NCBI RefSeq assembly: GCF_036321535.1
Contig: NC_087447.1
Coordinates: 44,146,001-44,210,000, forward strand
Direction of reading: 5' to 3'
DNA: 64,000 bases
Source: Camelus dromedarius
Lineage: Eukaryota
The number at the start of each line of letters is the position of its first letter. Positions within the stretch are counted from its first letter, which is position 1. Below, piece by piece: positions 1 to 11,379 of this stretch. A program made the position numbers and the translations under genes. The notes beneath the pieces were generated by a model. The model had not been told where the DNA came from and ran no database searches. It saw nothing but the letters and a program-made list of their open reading frames with translations.

Positions 1-357
1 TTCCAGGTAATTGAGCAGTTTCATGTCCTCACTCCCATGGTGACAGTTCTTCAAATGTTATCAAATCCTAGTCCTTTGAGCCCTGTGTTTTCCTCTTATT
101 TATCACCTGTCTTAAAAGCCTTATTGAATTTCTTATTTAGCACGGGCACTCCAGTTCATAATTTAAGTCGTATCTTCAAGTTACTCACCCCCTCTTCGGT
201 GATTTGCCTAAAGAGACAGGGATAGTAAGTGGTACAGCTGGAACTCGACCTAGATCTTTCTCTAAGCCCCCTCTCCTTTCCAGTCTTTCAAAACGCCATC
301 CCCTACTCTTGCCAATGGGATTGGAGAAGATGGAAGGGAGAAATTAAAATGTACAGA

Positions 358-503
358 AGGGAGGCAACTATATTCAATACATTGTAGTAACCTATAATGA
401 GAAAGAATATGAAAAGGAACAAATTTATATATACATATATGACTGAAACATACTATTCACCAGAAATGGACACACTGTAAACTGACTATACCTCAATAAT
501 AAT
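358..503 (+). mobile_element. 5'-truncated L1 3' end
   Basis: L1 3'UTR motifs (gtaacctataatg..., gtaaactgactatacctcaat). TSD attaaaatgtacaga / attaaaatgttcaga at 343-357 and 504-518. Confidence 0.8.
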
Positions 504-1087
504 ATTAAAATGTTCAGACAGGAGATTTTACTTCTTAAACAAAAAGTGAATTATCTCAAAATTACATAGTAAATCAGGATTTTATCCTACAGTAATTAGT
601 GAGATACCAGCTGTTTTAATAATCACCACATTTGTTGAGGATCTACTGTGATAGGTTCTTTATGAGAATTTTCTCTAGTCCCAAAAGTTTGGTTTTAACT
701 ACAATTTTATAGACACTGGGACTCAGAAATTAAGAAGCTTGCCCAGGTTACAGAGTTGACAGGTAGCTTATCAGACTGCAAAGTTCATTTTCTTTCTACC
801 AGGTGCCACCTGCCTTTTCATTTCACTTGATCTTCCCAGGCACTGGGAATTCAGAGTGATATGAAATCTGTGTGGCTGTGCTCTGATAGCTGCCCTTGTG
901 CTAGGGGAAGAGAATGGCAATCTTCTAGTTCCAGGAGAACACGAAGGAAGGAGGGGTTCTTTTCCAAAGAGGGTAGAGATGACGAGGTCTTGAAGAAGTT
1001 ACATTTTATCTAGGAAACAGGCTATTCTCCCCTTTTCATACATCCCTGCCTGGTTTCCTTTCTTGCACCAAATGGGATCTCCTATAG

Positions 1088-1290
1088 CAGTTTGTCAACC
1101 TCACCACTACTAACATTTTTTTTCCAGGTAATTCTTTATTTGGGGGACACTGTAAGTACACTATATGATGTTTAGCAGCATTCCTGGCCTCTATCCAGTA
1201 CATGCCATTAGAACCCTCAATCTCCCACAGTTGTGATAAACAAAATGTCACATGTCCCCTGGGCAGCAAACTGCCCCGGTTGAAACCAAT
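1088..1290 (-). mobile_element. MER20 hAT-Charlie MITE
   Basis: tttagcagcattcctggcctctatccagtacatgcc...cagttgtgataaacaaaatgtc is the MER20 core in antisense. Confidence 0.8.
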
Positions 1291-1329
1291 TCCAAAGCCT
1301 TCTGTGTATACAACTCATCACCCCTTCTC

Positions 1330-4270
1330 GGTGATATAACTGTAACAAATCAAAGAAACAAGAGTAGATAGCTCAGGAAAAGGCACTCCCATGAGATTTT
1401 AATGTATGATAGAAAAAATGTCATAATTGGGAAGAGAAACATTCAGTGTAGATTATTAGGACAACTGGTAAACCATTCAGACAAAAATTAGGATCCTCAC
1501 AGAATAAATTTCAGATATAACAAATAAGCAAATTGTTAATACTTCAAACCAGAGGGGTGAAAAAGCAGAACATATTCATCACACCTTACCAGAGGAAGAA
1601 CTTAAAAGCTTGGGCACAATAAAGGAAATGATCAAGAACAGTATGAATGTTAGAAGATACATTGTTAACTATGTTGAAATTAAAACCTCCTGTCCAGAAG
1701 AATTCAAACACAAAAGGGAAGCCAAAACCAGCAAATGTTTACAGGAAATCTGACAAGTAAAGAGTTGAAGTGTAAATTGGTAAAACCACTTTAGAACTGT
1801 AGGCATTAACTACTAAAACAGGAGCTATGCTCCCAGACCCAGATGCCGGTTTCTAACACCCTTCTCCAACAGGAGCAACGAGGGCTCCTTGGAGACACTG
1901 CTGATTCAGGGGCTGGGCTAGGAGTATACAAACTGAGCCTAGACCTTCTTGTTGTGCCAGAAAGTAAGGAAAATAAAAGGATGAAGTATGGCAAAAAAAC
2001 CAACCCAAAACAGCTCCCAATGGCCAAATTAAATAATGTAGTATTGGATTATAATCTAAAGTATAAAGCAAATGTCCATAGGTCCATACTGATGCAGACA
2101 AACGACTGAATGCAAAAATTAACAGGGGGAGAGAGACAAATTTTACTTACAGAAGAATTCCAGATACTTTACATAGATATTCTCTCCTCCAGGAGGTGGA
2201 TCTTAACCCCAGCCCACCCCCACCCAGGAGTGTGGACAGTGCTTAGTGGTTTACTAAGCAGAGAAACCTGACAAACACCACCCTAGCCTGGCAATCAAGG
2301 TTAATATCATCAATCATAAGCCATTGTTGACATGATGTACCACTGATGTGATCTGATGAGATGACACATAAACACTATGATATTCTTCCCCCAAATCCAT
2401 AATCCCAGTCTAACTATGAGGAAAATATCAGACAAACCCAAAATGAAATGCTACAAAATACCTGACCAGTACTTCTCAAAACTGTCAAGGTCATCAAAAA
2501 CAAGGAAAGACTGAGCAACTGTCACGGACCAGAGGCAACTAAGAAGACAAGATCACTAATTTTAATATGGTATCCTGGAAAGGATCCAAGAGTAGAAAAG
2601 AGTACTAGGAAAAAAAAGTGAAATCTGAACTAAGTATGAATAAATAGTCTTAATTTATTGCCTTAGTTGTTACAAATATGCTACAGGAATACACGATGTT
2701 AAAACAGGGGAAACTGGGTGATGGGTACACAAGAATTTTCTGTAAAATGAAAACTATTCTGAAATAAAATGGTTTTTAAAAATTGGATTATGCATACCCT
2801 ATGGCCTAGCAGTTACAGTCCTCAGAATATACCTAACAGAAATAAATGTGCAGGTATATACCAAGAGACATAACAGAAATAGCCATAGCAGCATTGTTTA
2901 TAATTCCTAAGCACTGGAAAAGATCCAAGAATAAACCTGTAGTAGAACCAATAAATAAACTGTGATTAATTCATAGAATGAAATCCTACACAGCCATGAA
3001 AAAACATGATCTGCAGATACATGCCCCTAGGATGAATCACACAAAGATAATCCGTGAAAGAAGCCAAACCCCAAAAGATCATATACCATATAATTCCATT
3101 TATAAAAAATCAAAGCTAAAAAAGTAGAAAACTGAACTAGTATACTGTTTATGGTTGCAGGCATAAGTGTTAGAGCCATATTCTTTCTTTTTTTTTTTGA
3201 GGGGGTAATTAAGTTTATTTATTTTAATGGAGATATCAGGGGTTGAATCCAGGGCCTTGTGCATACTAAGTGCATACTCTACCACTGAGCTATATACCCT
3301 TCCCTCTAAAGTCGTATTCTTTAAATGGGGTAGGGGTAAGGAAGTCACTACCATAAAAGTCAGTTTAGGGTCACATCTGCAGGGAGGGAGGAATTTGTAG
3401 TCAGGAAGTTTCCCGGGGCTCTGGGGCACTCTGAAGTAATGCAAATAGTATTAGTAACACTCTATTCCTTGAAATGGTGATGGTTTACATGAATGATCAC
3501 TGGGTAATCGTTGACTAAGATGCACACCTAAGTTTAATGCAATTTTCTATGTGAGTTATAGTCCATGCTAAAATATGGTTTTAAAAAGGTTAATATCACC
3601 AGAAAGACATAATACGAATATATTAGAAATGCACCAAAAGCAAACTATTGTAAATAACCTTTTCATAGAGGGAGGAAAATTGCTAACAAGTATTTCAGAA
3701 AATGTTCAAACTTAAGCAGATACCAAAACTAATACAAACCAGGTGATATCACTCCACACTTATTAAAACTGCAAAAATGAGCTTTAAAGAATACTATATG
3801 ATGATGAGAATGGAATGGTGCAGATTTTGTTAGCGTAAATATTAATTGCTACACTCTTGGAAAGCTGCATGTCCACAACTATGGAGTAAAACATGCATGA
3901 CTTTTCAATTATTAAACTCTCTCTGGGAAATTATGCAACGGAAAGTTTCCCAAATACAGGAAAGAAAGTTTTGTGCATAATAGTAAATAATTGTCAACAA
4001 ATGAAAATTTAATTATGATTAATGAAATAAATGCAAAGATACAGCCCACACTTGATTTTTCAGTCATTAAAATGATTTCTTCATACAGCGATATGCAACA
4101 TGTGTATGGTTAAAAGCATATGGTAGGAATATAAGGATAACCAAGGAATTAAAACCTCTGCATTAAAGACGAGACAAAATATATTGAAGTATTAACCACA
4201 GTTGTGTTTTGGGTTTAGGACAACGCGTGGCAACTTTCTTTAATCAGAATATATTACTTAAATAAGCGGG
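1330..4270 (+). mobile_element. Old L1 (L1MC/L1ME-like) fragments, interrupted by a SINE
   Basis: A-rich degenerate ORF2/3'UTR motifs (cctgaccagtacttctcaaaactgtcaaggtcatcaaaaacaagg; atagcagcattgtttataat). Boundaries approximate. Confidence 0.6.
3186..3306 (-). mobile_element. tRNA-derived SINE (camelid Vic-1 type)
   Basis: Reverse complement gggaagggtatatagctcagtggtagag...ggattcaacccc...aaataaacttaattaccccctc plus A tail, with Pol III A and B boxes. Imperfect TSD tagagccatattctt / taaagtcgtattctt. Confidence 0.85.
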
Positions 4271-4539
4271 AAAATAAAAAGGTGACAGAGGTATTATCAA
4301 TTTGTCAAATCTCAAAGAGATAAAGAAATGAATGCCCCGCCCACTGTACTTGAATTTGGCGCGTGGGACCTCACTGGTAACCTCTGTGAAGAGAGCAATT
4401 TTAGGTCACTGCTGGGGAGGAGGGTGTAGGAGTGATAAAGCCTCGCTATTATGGGTGGAGGGAGCAAACATGCGATACTCTTTCTAGAACTTTGCTAGGA
4501 AGAAGGGGAGAGAGAAAAACTGGTATCAGGGAGCACAGA

Positions 4540-5420
4540 AACTACAAAGTTTAAGGCTGGCGGTTTTGTCTTCGGTCTGGAGAGGGGCTTGGAGGCGGCA
4601 CAGGCTGGAGAAATCACCGCGGAGCACAGGTGGAGGGAAGATTCTCGGAGTGAAGGTTAAACACCTGCTCCAGGGCAGAGAAGAGAGAGACCTGCCTGAA
4701 TTCATCAAAGTGGGGATAATCTTACCACCTGACATTAGGAGAGTTAAGAAACGGAGCATTGCACCCGAGTTAAAGGCCACTCTAGGTCCACCCAAACTGG
4801 ACTCCTTGCCCACGTGCGCACCCGCGTCTTGAGCTCTCCGCCTCCCCCACGTGACCGCGGACTTTAACGTGGAAAGTGACCTCTCCTGCCCGAGGTCATG
4901 GCCTGCGCCCTCCAGGCTGCTGCCTTCTCCACCCAGGGGGATCCTGGCAGCTCTCCTCTTGGGCTTAAAGCTGGGGTCTGCTTGCCCTTCCTGGTCTTCC
5001 ACCAGAATGAGGGCGCTGGAAAGACTTACGGGCTCTAACTCTGTACTTCAGAGCCGGCAAAACACATGCACAGAAGAGGCCCATTCCATACCTCGGGTCA
5101 CACAGTAGGCATTCGTGGGGAAGGTGCAATTCCAGCGCTGAAAGCCACGAGCCAAGGAGGAAAAGGGAAAGGAAGGGCTCAACAGGTACCTGTTGTCTGA
5201 TGCGAAGGGGGAACTCTGACCCTTTACGCCAAATCTCCCGCCTCCGCTGGGAGCCGAGCAAGCGCGCGGAGGGCTGCTTAGGCAGCCAGGAGCCGTTCGA
5301 CCCTCGCCGCCCGGCCCAGTCTCTCTTCCCATTGGCTCGCCCGGCAAGGGGCTGCTCCCACGCTCCCGCTCCCCGCCTGGGTCTCGGATCCTCTTTACCA
5401 CGCACCGCTCCTGGGAGAAG
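4540..5420. promoter_or_regulatory. Orphan CpG-rich island with minus-strand CCAAT box and splice signals
   Basis: Non-repetitive GC/CpG-rich block. Minus-strand gCCAATg at ~5329-5336, pyrimidine-rich acceptor at 5139-5138, and donors at 5189, 5091 and 5029 (GTAAGT). Confidence 0.55.
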
Positions 5421-5589
5421 ATACATTGTTCTATACAGGATCCTCCATGTGCAGCACATCTGGGGGCACACAATCTCCTTCCTTTTCTGATAACCAGTAA
5501 CGTGGAGAAGAGGGAGCCTGGGAGTTGGACCCTGGCTTCTGATGACCTTTCCTAGACGGGCTGACTCCTAATAAGCAGCAAGCCTTTAT

Positions 5590-6010
5590 TCATCCCTCCC
5601 ATAATCTCTATAATTGTTGAGCACCTATTTCATGCCTGACAATTTTCTCGGCCTTCTCTAGCAGGGAAGGAAACATCCAACATTTGGCTACTCATCCCCG
5701 ACCTCCACGCCTCCCATGGAGCTTACATTCTACTGAAGGAGTACAGATAATGAACTGTAGTATATCAGATAGTGATCACTGCTAAGGAGAAAAACAGAGT
5801 TGGGTAATGGCCTAGTGCTGGAGGGTAAGGACCAGGGAGTGGGTCCTATTTCTCTCTGGAAAGGGAAGACACTGCTAAGGTGACATTTGCAGAAAGTGAG
5901 GGCATGAGCCATGCAGATATCCTGGAAATGGAGCGTTCCAGGGGGAGGAAATAGCAAATGCAGAGGCCCTCAGGCAAGAGCCTGCCTGATAGATTGAGGA
6001 ACATTGGAGT
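5590..6010. mobile_element. L2 fragment
   Basis: tgttgagcacctat...ggagcttacattctactg...gagccatgcagatatc...gcaaatgcagaggccc are L2 3'-region motifs. Confidence 0.65.
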
Positions 6011-7107
6011 CAAATCAAGCATCATGGTCACCATGACTCTGGGTTGATATATGGATAATGCAATTTCATCCAAATCCCACAGGATTAGAACTCTCTTCTG
6101 TGAATTTATGGTCTTGGCCCCTGAAGACAGGACTTTCAAAATTGGCTCAGACCCTAATAACTCTAGCATCTTCAGGAATTAGAATCATCTAACTCTCTGA
6201 TGAGAGAATTCGGATCAAATAGGCAAAAGGTGTGTCCCCTTAGAATGGCTTCCTTTTTGTCCCAATTACCCATCCTGAAAACCTTTTCCTATTGACATAA
6301 CAGCAAGACTTGGGAGATTCTAGAGTTGCCTGTAACCTCATTTAAAGTAGCATTTCTCTAGCTGGAATCTTCAGGGAGATCTTTAAATCTTATTGGCAAA
6401 GTAGGAGCCAGTATTCATTGGCTTTAAGCAAATGTACTCTCTGGGCAACTGATACTAAGGGCTCAGGCAGGCTAGTTGGCAACATGGATCCAACAATCTT
6501 AATCACTATCAGAAATCAGAGCCCTAGATCATAAAGATTTATACAAACTCAAAAGGACAATGACAATGAATGGTGTGAGAATGAGAGAAAACAGGATAAA
6601 CTCTCTTGGTTTGGCTCCAGCCTACTATATGAATATAATAGTCATTTGAGTATCATGCTAAATGTTATATTCACAAGTACATACATCTTAAGAGAAGCTA
6701 TGAATGTTAGGGGTTTTGGTTCTGAAACCATTTCTAAGATGCTCATAACACCATGAAATAGAACACATTTATTTCATGGAAAAATTAAAAACTGAGGAAT
6801 CTGTTAAACAAAGTTTTAGAAACCAAGTGTCCCAGGACTGTACCTTAGTAAAAATGAATTAGACATTTTTCATTTTTATTTAATTTATATATACCTGACC
6901 ATGTTTCATTTTATGTAAATGCTTAAGATTTATAATATCATGTATTTTAGTGTAATCTTTTTTTGTTTCTTTTCCCTTTTGATTTAGCTCTTCCTCTAAA
7001 AGGAACCCCTGGGAAGAATATGCTTGCCTTTAATTGCATTATTATTCTGTTCTGTCTTTTCTCTATTACTTTTGGTAAAATTTAATTTTCCATAACTTCT
7101 TTTCTTT

Positions 7108-7348
7108 TAAAAAATTTTTTATTCAAGTGTAGTTGATTTGCATTGTTAGTTTCAGGTGTACAGTAAGGTGTTTCAGTTATACATATGCATAGATATATAT
7201 TTTTTCTTTTCAGATTTTTTCCCATTATTTGTTATTACAAGAAACTGAATCTAGTTCCTTGTACTATACAGTAGGTCCTTGTTGTTTATCTATTTTATAC
7301 ATAGTGTTGTGTGTCTGTTAATCCCTAACCCCTAATTTATCCCTCTCC
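7108..7348 (-). mobile_element. L1 3' end
   Basis: ttcaagtgtagttgatttg...ttcaggtgtacag...ctatacagtaggtccttgttgtttatctatttt. Confidence 0.75.
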
Positions 7349-8689
7349 CATGTCTTTTCTTAAAAGGCTGAATAATAAAATTAAAACGTAAGTCTTCTAA
7401 TTAATAACTACCAGCAAAAAGGCATCTCTGAAAATTTTTATAGGTATTTCCACAAGCCCCTGCGGCTGGAAGGAGAAACGCCATTCTTCTTCATAAAACT
7501 AATCTAATATGGTGCAAAGTGGAAAACAGTAATAAAATATCCATCTTATTTTGCTGTCCAATAAGGAGACCTGCATAAATATTCATAAACCTACCACCTT
7601 GTTCTATTTATGTTTATATTTGAAAGTGTTATTTGTACAGAGTACTCTTATAAGATACTTGGACTTTTGAAACTATTGTAATGCCCTGTGAAAATATCTT
7701 TAACATCTAAAAGGTATGAATGCTGAGTGATTGTAGTCCTTGCTCATCTGATAATAATATCATAAATGACATCTCTGTGTTACTAAAAGGTAATGCAAGG
7801 AGATTTCTCAAATAAGAAAACTAGTCATTTTCCTTATTTCCCACAAGCACAGAGGTAAAATAAAAGTCGTAGAATTTGCTTTTTACTAAGAGTTTGAGAG
7901 ACTTATAGGCCCTCAATTTTCTCCCTCTCTTAACTCACATCAATCTTTCCCAATAAATAAACCACATTAAGTACATCAACTAACTGGAATGTATCGTTTT
8001 GTATTTTTTTCTCCATGCTTGTATAATTATACTCACAATAACATACCAAACACACACACTGAGTTACAAAGTTGGAATTACATTATCCTGGCTTTTTTGC
8101 ATCTTAAATTCCTCACCCAACAAACAATTTTGTTCATTGACTATTGATGCCCTTCCCCATCGCACTCTGTCCCACCAAATAGAATGGCTCCATAATGGAT
8201 AAAGATTTTTATCCACTTAGTTTACCGTTGCATCCCCAGCACCTACAACAGTGAATGAGTCAATCAACACAACACCTTATGGATGTAAAAAGGGACTAAA
8301 GTGGAAACAAACATGACAAGTTGAAGGAAAAACAATTAAGCCAGAATGGCTAATAGGGGGAGAGGGAACAGAATAATGAAATATGGAGTCAGAGAGGTAG
8401 GAAAGATGAAAAGGTAAGGAGAGAAACATCATATAGAGCCATAGAGATCACTGTAAGAACTTTGGCTTTCACTAGGAATAAACTACAGAGCCAACGGAGG
8501 GTTTTGAGCAAAGCGTATAGTCACAATTATGCTTTGAAAGAATCATCCAGGATCCTCATGAAGAGAACTGGAGTGGCAATAGCAAAAGCAAGGGACCAAT
8601 TAAGAGCCTATTATAATAATCCAGGTGAGAGAAACTGATGGTAGCAGAGAAGCCCAGGACTTGTCAGGAAGAAAGGCGGGAGGAAAGCC

Positions 8690-9625
8690 CGACACGACCA
8701 GAGCCTTAGCAGGAGAAGCGGGTCCTCCGCAATGATAATACGAAATTTGAAAAGCTCTCTTCGCGGATGTGTGGCTCCAACTTCGAATGTAGGGACGACT
8801 CAACGACCAGGACTAGTGGGGTGCCTATTCCGCCGAGGGCGCGGGACAATGTGCGCAACCACCCCTCGCCCCCAAAGGTAGCTGTTTCCCTGAGTCTCCA
8901 GCCCTGCCTCCCTTCCAGGGGCCCTAAAAACACCTATAATCGTCCCATTAACGTTAGTATCTTGGGTGGCTCAGCACCTCCTCGGTAGAGTGCAGTGACG
9001 CACCACCCTCCTTCCAGGAACGCGGGTGGTTTAAGTCTGGGCTGCGCCCCGATCCTTCTGGCCAATCAGGAGCCACGTCCTCCGTCGCTCTTCTTTCCCG
9101 CCCCGCCCCTCCTGTCTCCATGGGAACGCCCCGAGTGTCTATTCCAAGGCCTGGGGCTTCGGTTTCTGACTAGCGGGCTGCGGCCATTGTTTGTCTAGAC
9201 GGAGAATTTTGGCTGGTCCCCGTCCCTCCACAGAGGCTCTGGAAGTGAGGCAGACTCCCGGGAGCATCAAGCTAGAAGCGAACATGGGCGGGGAGAGCTG
9301 TGACTGAAGATTGAGTGGCAGAAGGACAGCCAGGAGGCCGAGAGGCCGCTCCGCCTTAGAAATCTAGGAGATACCAGCGTAGGGGGGGTCCTACACAGCC
9401 GCCCTCCCCACGTTAAAACGGAGTGAGGGACGGGAACGGAGAGGCACAGGCGGCTTGCGCCCTGGGGCCGGAGTGCTAGGTGCCGGGAGGTGTTGGGGCG
9501 GAGTTCGGGCCGGGCGTCTGGATGCGCAGCGGAAGCCGGGCGTGTCTTTGCTGCAGGAGCAGAGGCCGCGCGGGTCCCGCTCCGTGAGAACCGTTTGTAC
9601 GTCTGAATCCCGGGCTTGAGATGTA
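8690..9625. promoter_or_regulatory. CpG island: ZNF214 promoter and non-coding first exon, probably bidirectional with NLRP14
   Basis: CpG-dense, with a CCAAT box (ggccaatcagg, ~9060), GC boxes (cccgccccgcccc, ~9097) and an ETS-like cggaag (~9530). Candidate + donor AT|GTAAGA at 9623. The NLRP14 link is inferred from human synteny; no NLRP14 coding sequence is visible in the window. Confidence 0.8.
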
Positions 9626-10406
9626 AGAATTCTGGAGGCCCTTGCTGCATAGGAGGAGCCCAAATTTGTTCTGCTCCTGGGACACCATGAATCATTTTTC
9701 TCTCTAGAGAAAGAAGGCTCTTAACTGTTTATCATTTTCCCCAGGTACCCGTGATCAGCAAGGAGGACCGGGACGGCAGAGGCTCATGCCCCCGTTTTAC
9801 AGGTGAGGAAAGTGAGGCACTGGGAGGTCTAGGAGTCTGGTCTTTTTCCAAGTTCTACAAGTTGTTGGTTATAGAGTTGAGACTATGATCAGATCCTGGG
9901 AGTCTAAATCTGGGATCCTTCGCTAAGGCTCTGTACTTTTATTTATGTTGTAAGAAGTAGGGGAGGGTGGTGGGATTATCTTTTTACTTAACTGATTGAA
10001 CAAAATAAGAAAAATACTTTTAGGAGGAAACTAAGTGTGCTGCTATTATTCCGATTATTTTTTATTGTTCTTGCTATTCATAATGAACTAGGAAATCCTT
10101 GAGGCTCAGAGAGGTTAAATTATATAGAAAATATCTGCATCCCTGGAGAGACTAAACTGTGCAATCAGATTCTGGGTTTTCATGCCCAAACTAGAATTGT
10201 ACGTTTTTTAAACGGTTAGAAATAAAATCTTGGGTGCCAATTCTTATAGCTCTCCTTCCTTGAAAAGGAACAGAAATGTTCTTGGGTTCCTTCTGACCTC
10301 TTTCTAGGAGACTTGAGGGATCACGTACAGTTAGTATGTGGGGATTGTGGTGAGTCTGGGAATTTTACATCATGCTGTCTTTCATGTCTCCTTCTTTTTC
10401 CCTCAG

Positions 10407-10495
10407 CTCAGCCTTTTCAACACTCCATCCTTCCCCAAAAAAGGAATATAGAGGAGGAAGGAATGTTCATTATTTTCCTCACAGTCTGATCCCAG
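10407..10495 (+). other. ZNF214: ZNF214 5' exon (89 nt), homologous to the ZNF215 linker exon but with an in-frame stop
   Basis: Strong acceptor (ttctttttccctcAG) and consensus donor CAG|GTGAGT. Translates QPFQHSILPQKRNIEEEGMFIIFLTV*SQ, gap-free colinear with ZNF215 exon 46910..46822. Confidence 0.7.
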
Positions 10496-11379
10496 GTGAG
10501 TGGGATTGTCTCTCCTCTTATAAAATGCCCCTGAATTCTCCATGGATAGTGGGAGTAGTGGAAGTAGCTAAGGGAATGGATGGGCCAGACTAAATAGAAA
10601 ATGTTCCTCACTGGGCTGGGAAGCTTTCAAGCCTCCTATGCAGCAAGGCCCTGCCTCCCACCCAGTTTCTTTTCCCAACATTTACTCATTTATTCAGCCA
10701 GTCATTCAAGTCTACTATATAATTCAAACTGGTTTTGATAGCCTGAGATAAAGAATGTCTTTCCTTAACCTTGGGGAAATAAGGCACCTGAGGTTAATAA
10801 GAATTTCTAAAGTTATCACACAGTAAACAATGCTGCAATGAGTAGCACTTCTAAGCAAAAGAGAGGAACAGGGACTCAAATTTAAATAATTGTTATAAAT
10901 TGGAAGGTATCATTCCAGACATGAAGATTGTCAGTCTCAGGCAGAATATGAGGGGACAAATAAGGAAACTGGTCTAGTTGCAGTAGAGTGTAAGTGTGAA
11001 TGTATAAGGTGAGGGCATATTGTGGAGGGCTGGTAATGTTTAATCGATTACTCATCCTTGTGCACCACTCAGAGTCCACTGCCATTATTGACATTTGGAT
11101 GTATTTACTTACAGTCTTTTATCCAGTACTTAATATACATACATAATCACTAATCGGTACAAATACTAGTATGTGTGCATATGTATCCATACACAAACAT
11201 ACAAACATAATTTAAGATACATGAATATAGAGAAATTAGTATATATAAAAAAATTTGAATCATGACAAATAGGCTCCATTAGGGTAGGGAATGTTCCCGG
11301 TATATAGAACTCTGCCTAGCAGATAGTAAGCACTCAATTAATATTTGTTGAATGTATGAATGGCTGTTATATGTGTAAT

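Noticed and set aside
189..207. Apparent 19-nt minus-strand micro-exon (ctctttAG ... GTGAGT)
   Set aside because: The acceptor lies within a MIR-like fragment, the length is not a multiple of 3, and there is no supporting homology. Likely chance, though a 5'UTR exon cannot be excluded.
3100..3444. 114-aa minus ORF and tRNA-like A/B boxes
   Set aside because: Read-through of a tRNA-derived SINE with a tail and TSD; not a protein gene or a functional tRNA. The copies at 14.6 and 21.6 kb are likewise SINEs.
5138..5189. Possible intron from the palindromic donor to the acceptor at 5138
   Set aside because: Only 52 nt, below the usual minimum for mammalian introns.
4526..5490. Six overlapping ORFs of 85-168 aa
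   Set aside because: Expected stop-codon depletion in GC-rich DNA. Most lack an ATG start and none resembles a recognisable domain.
1..8600. NLRP14 coding exons (PYD/NACHT)
   Set aside because: No pyrin or NACHT-like translation seen on either strand. If the gene is present, its coding exons lie outside the window.
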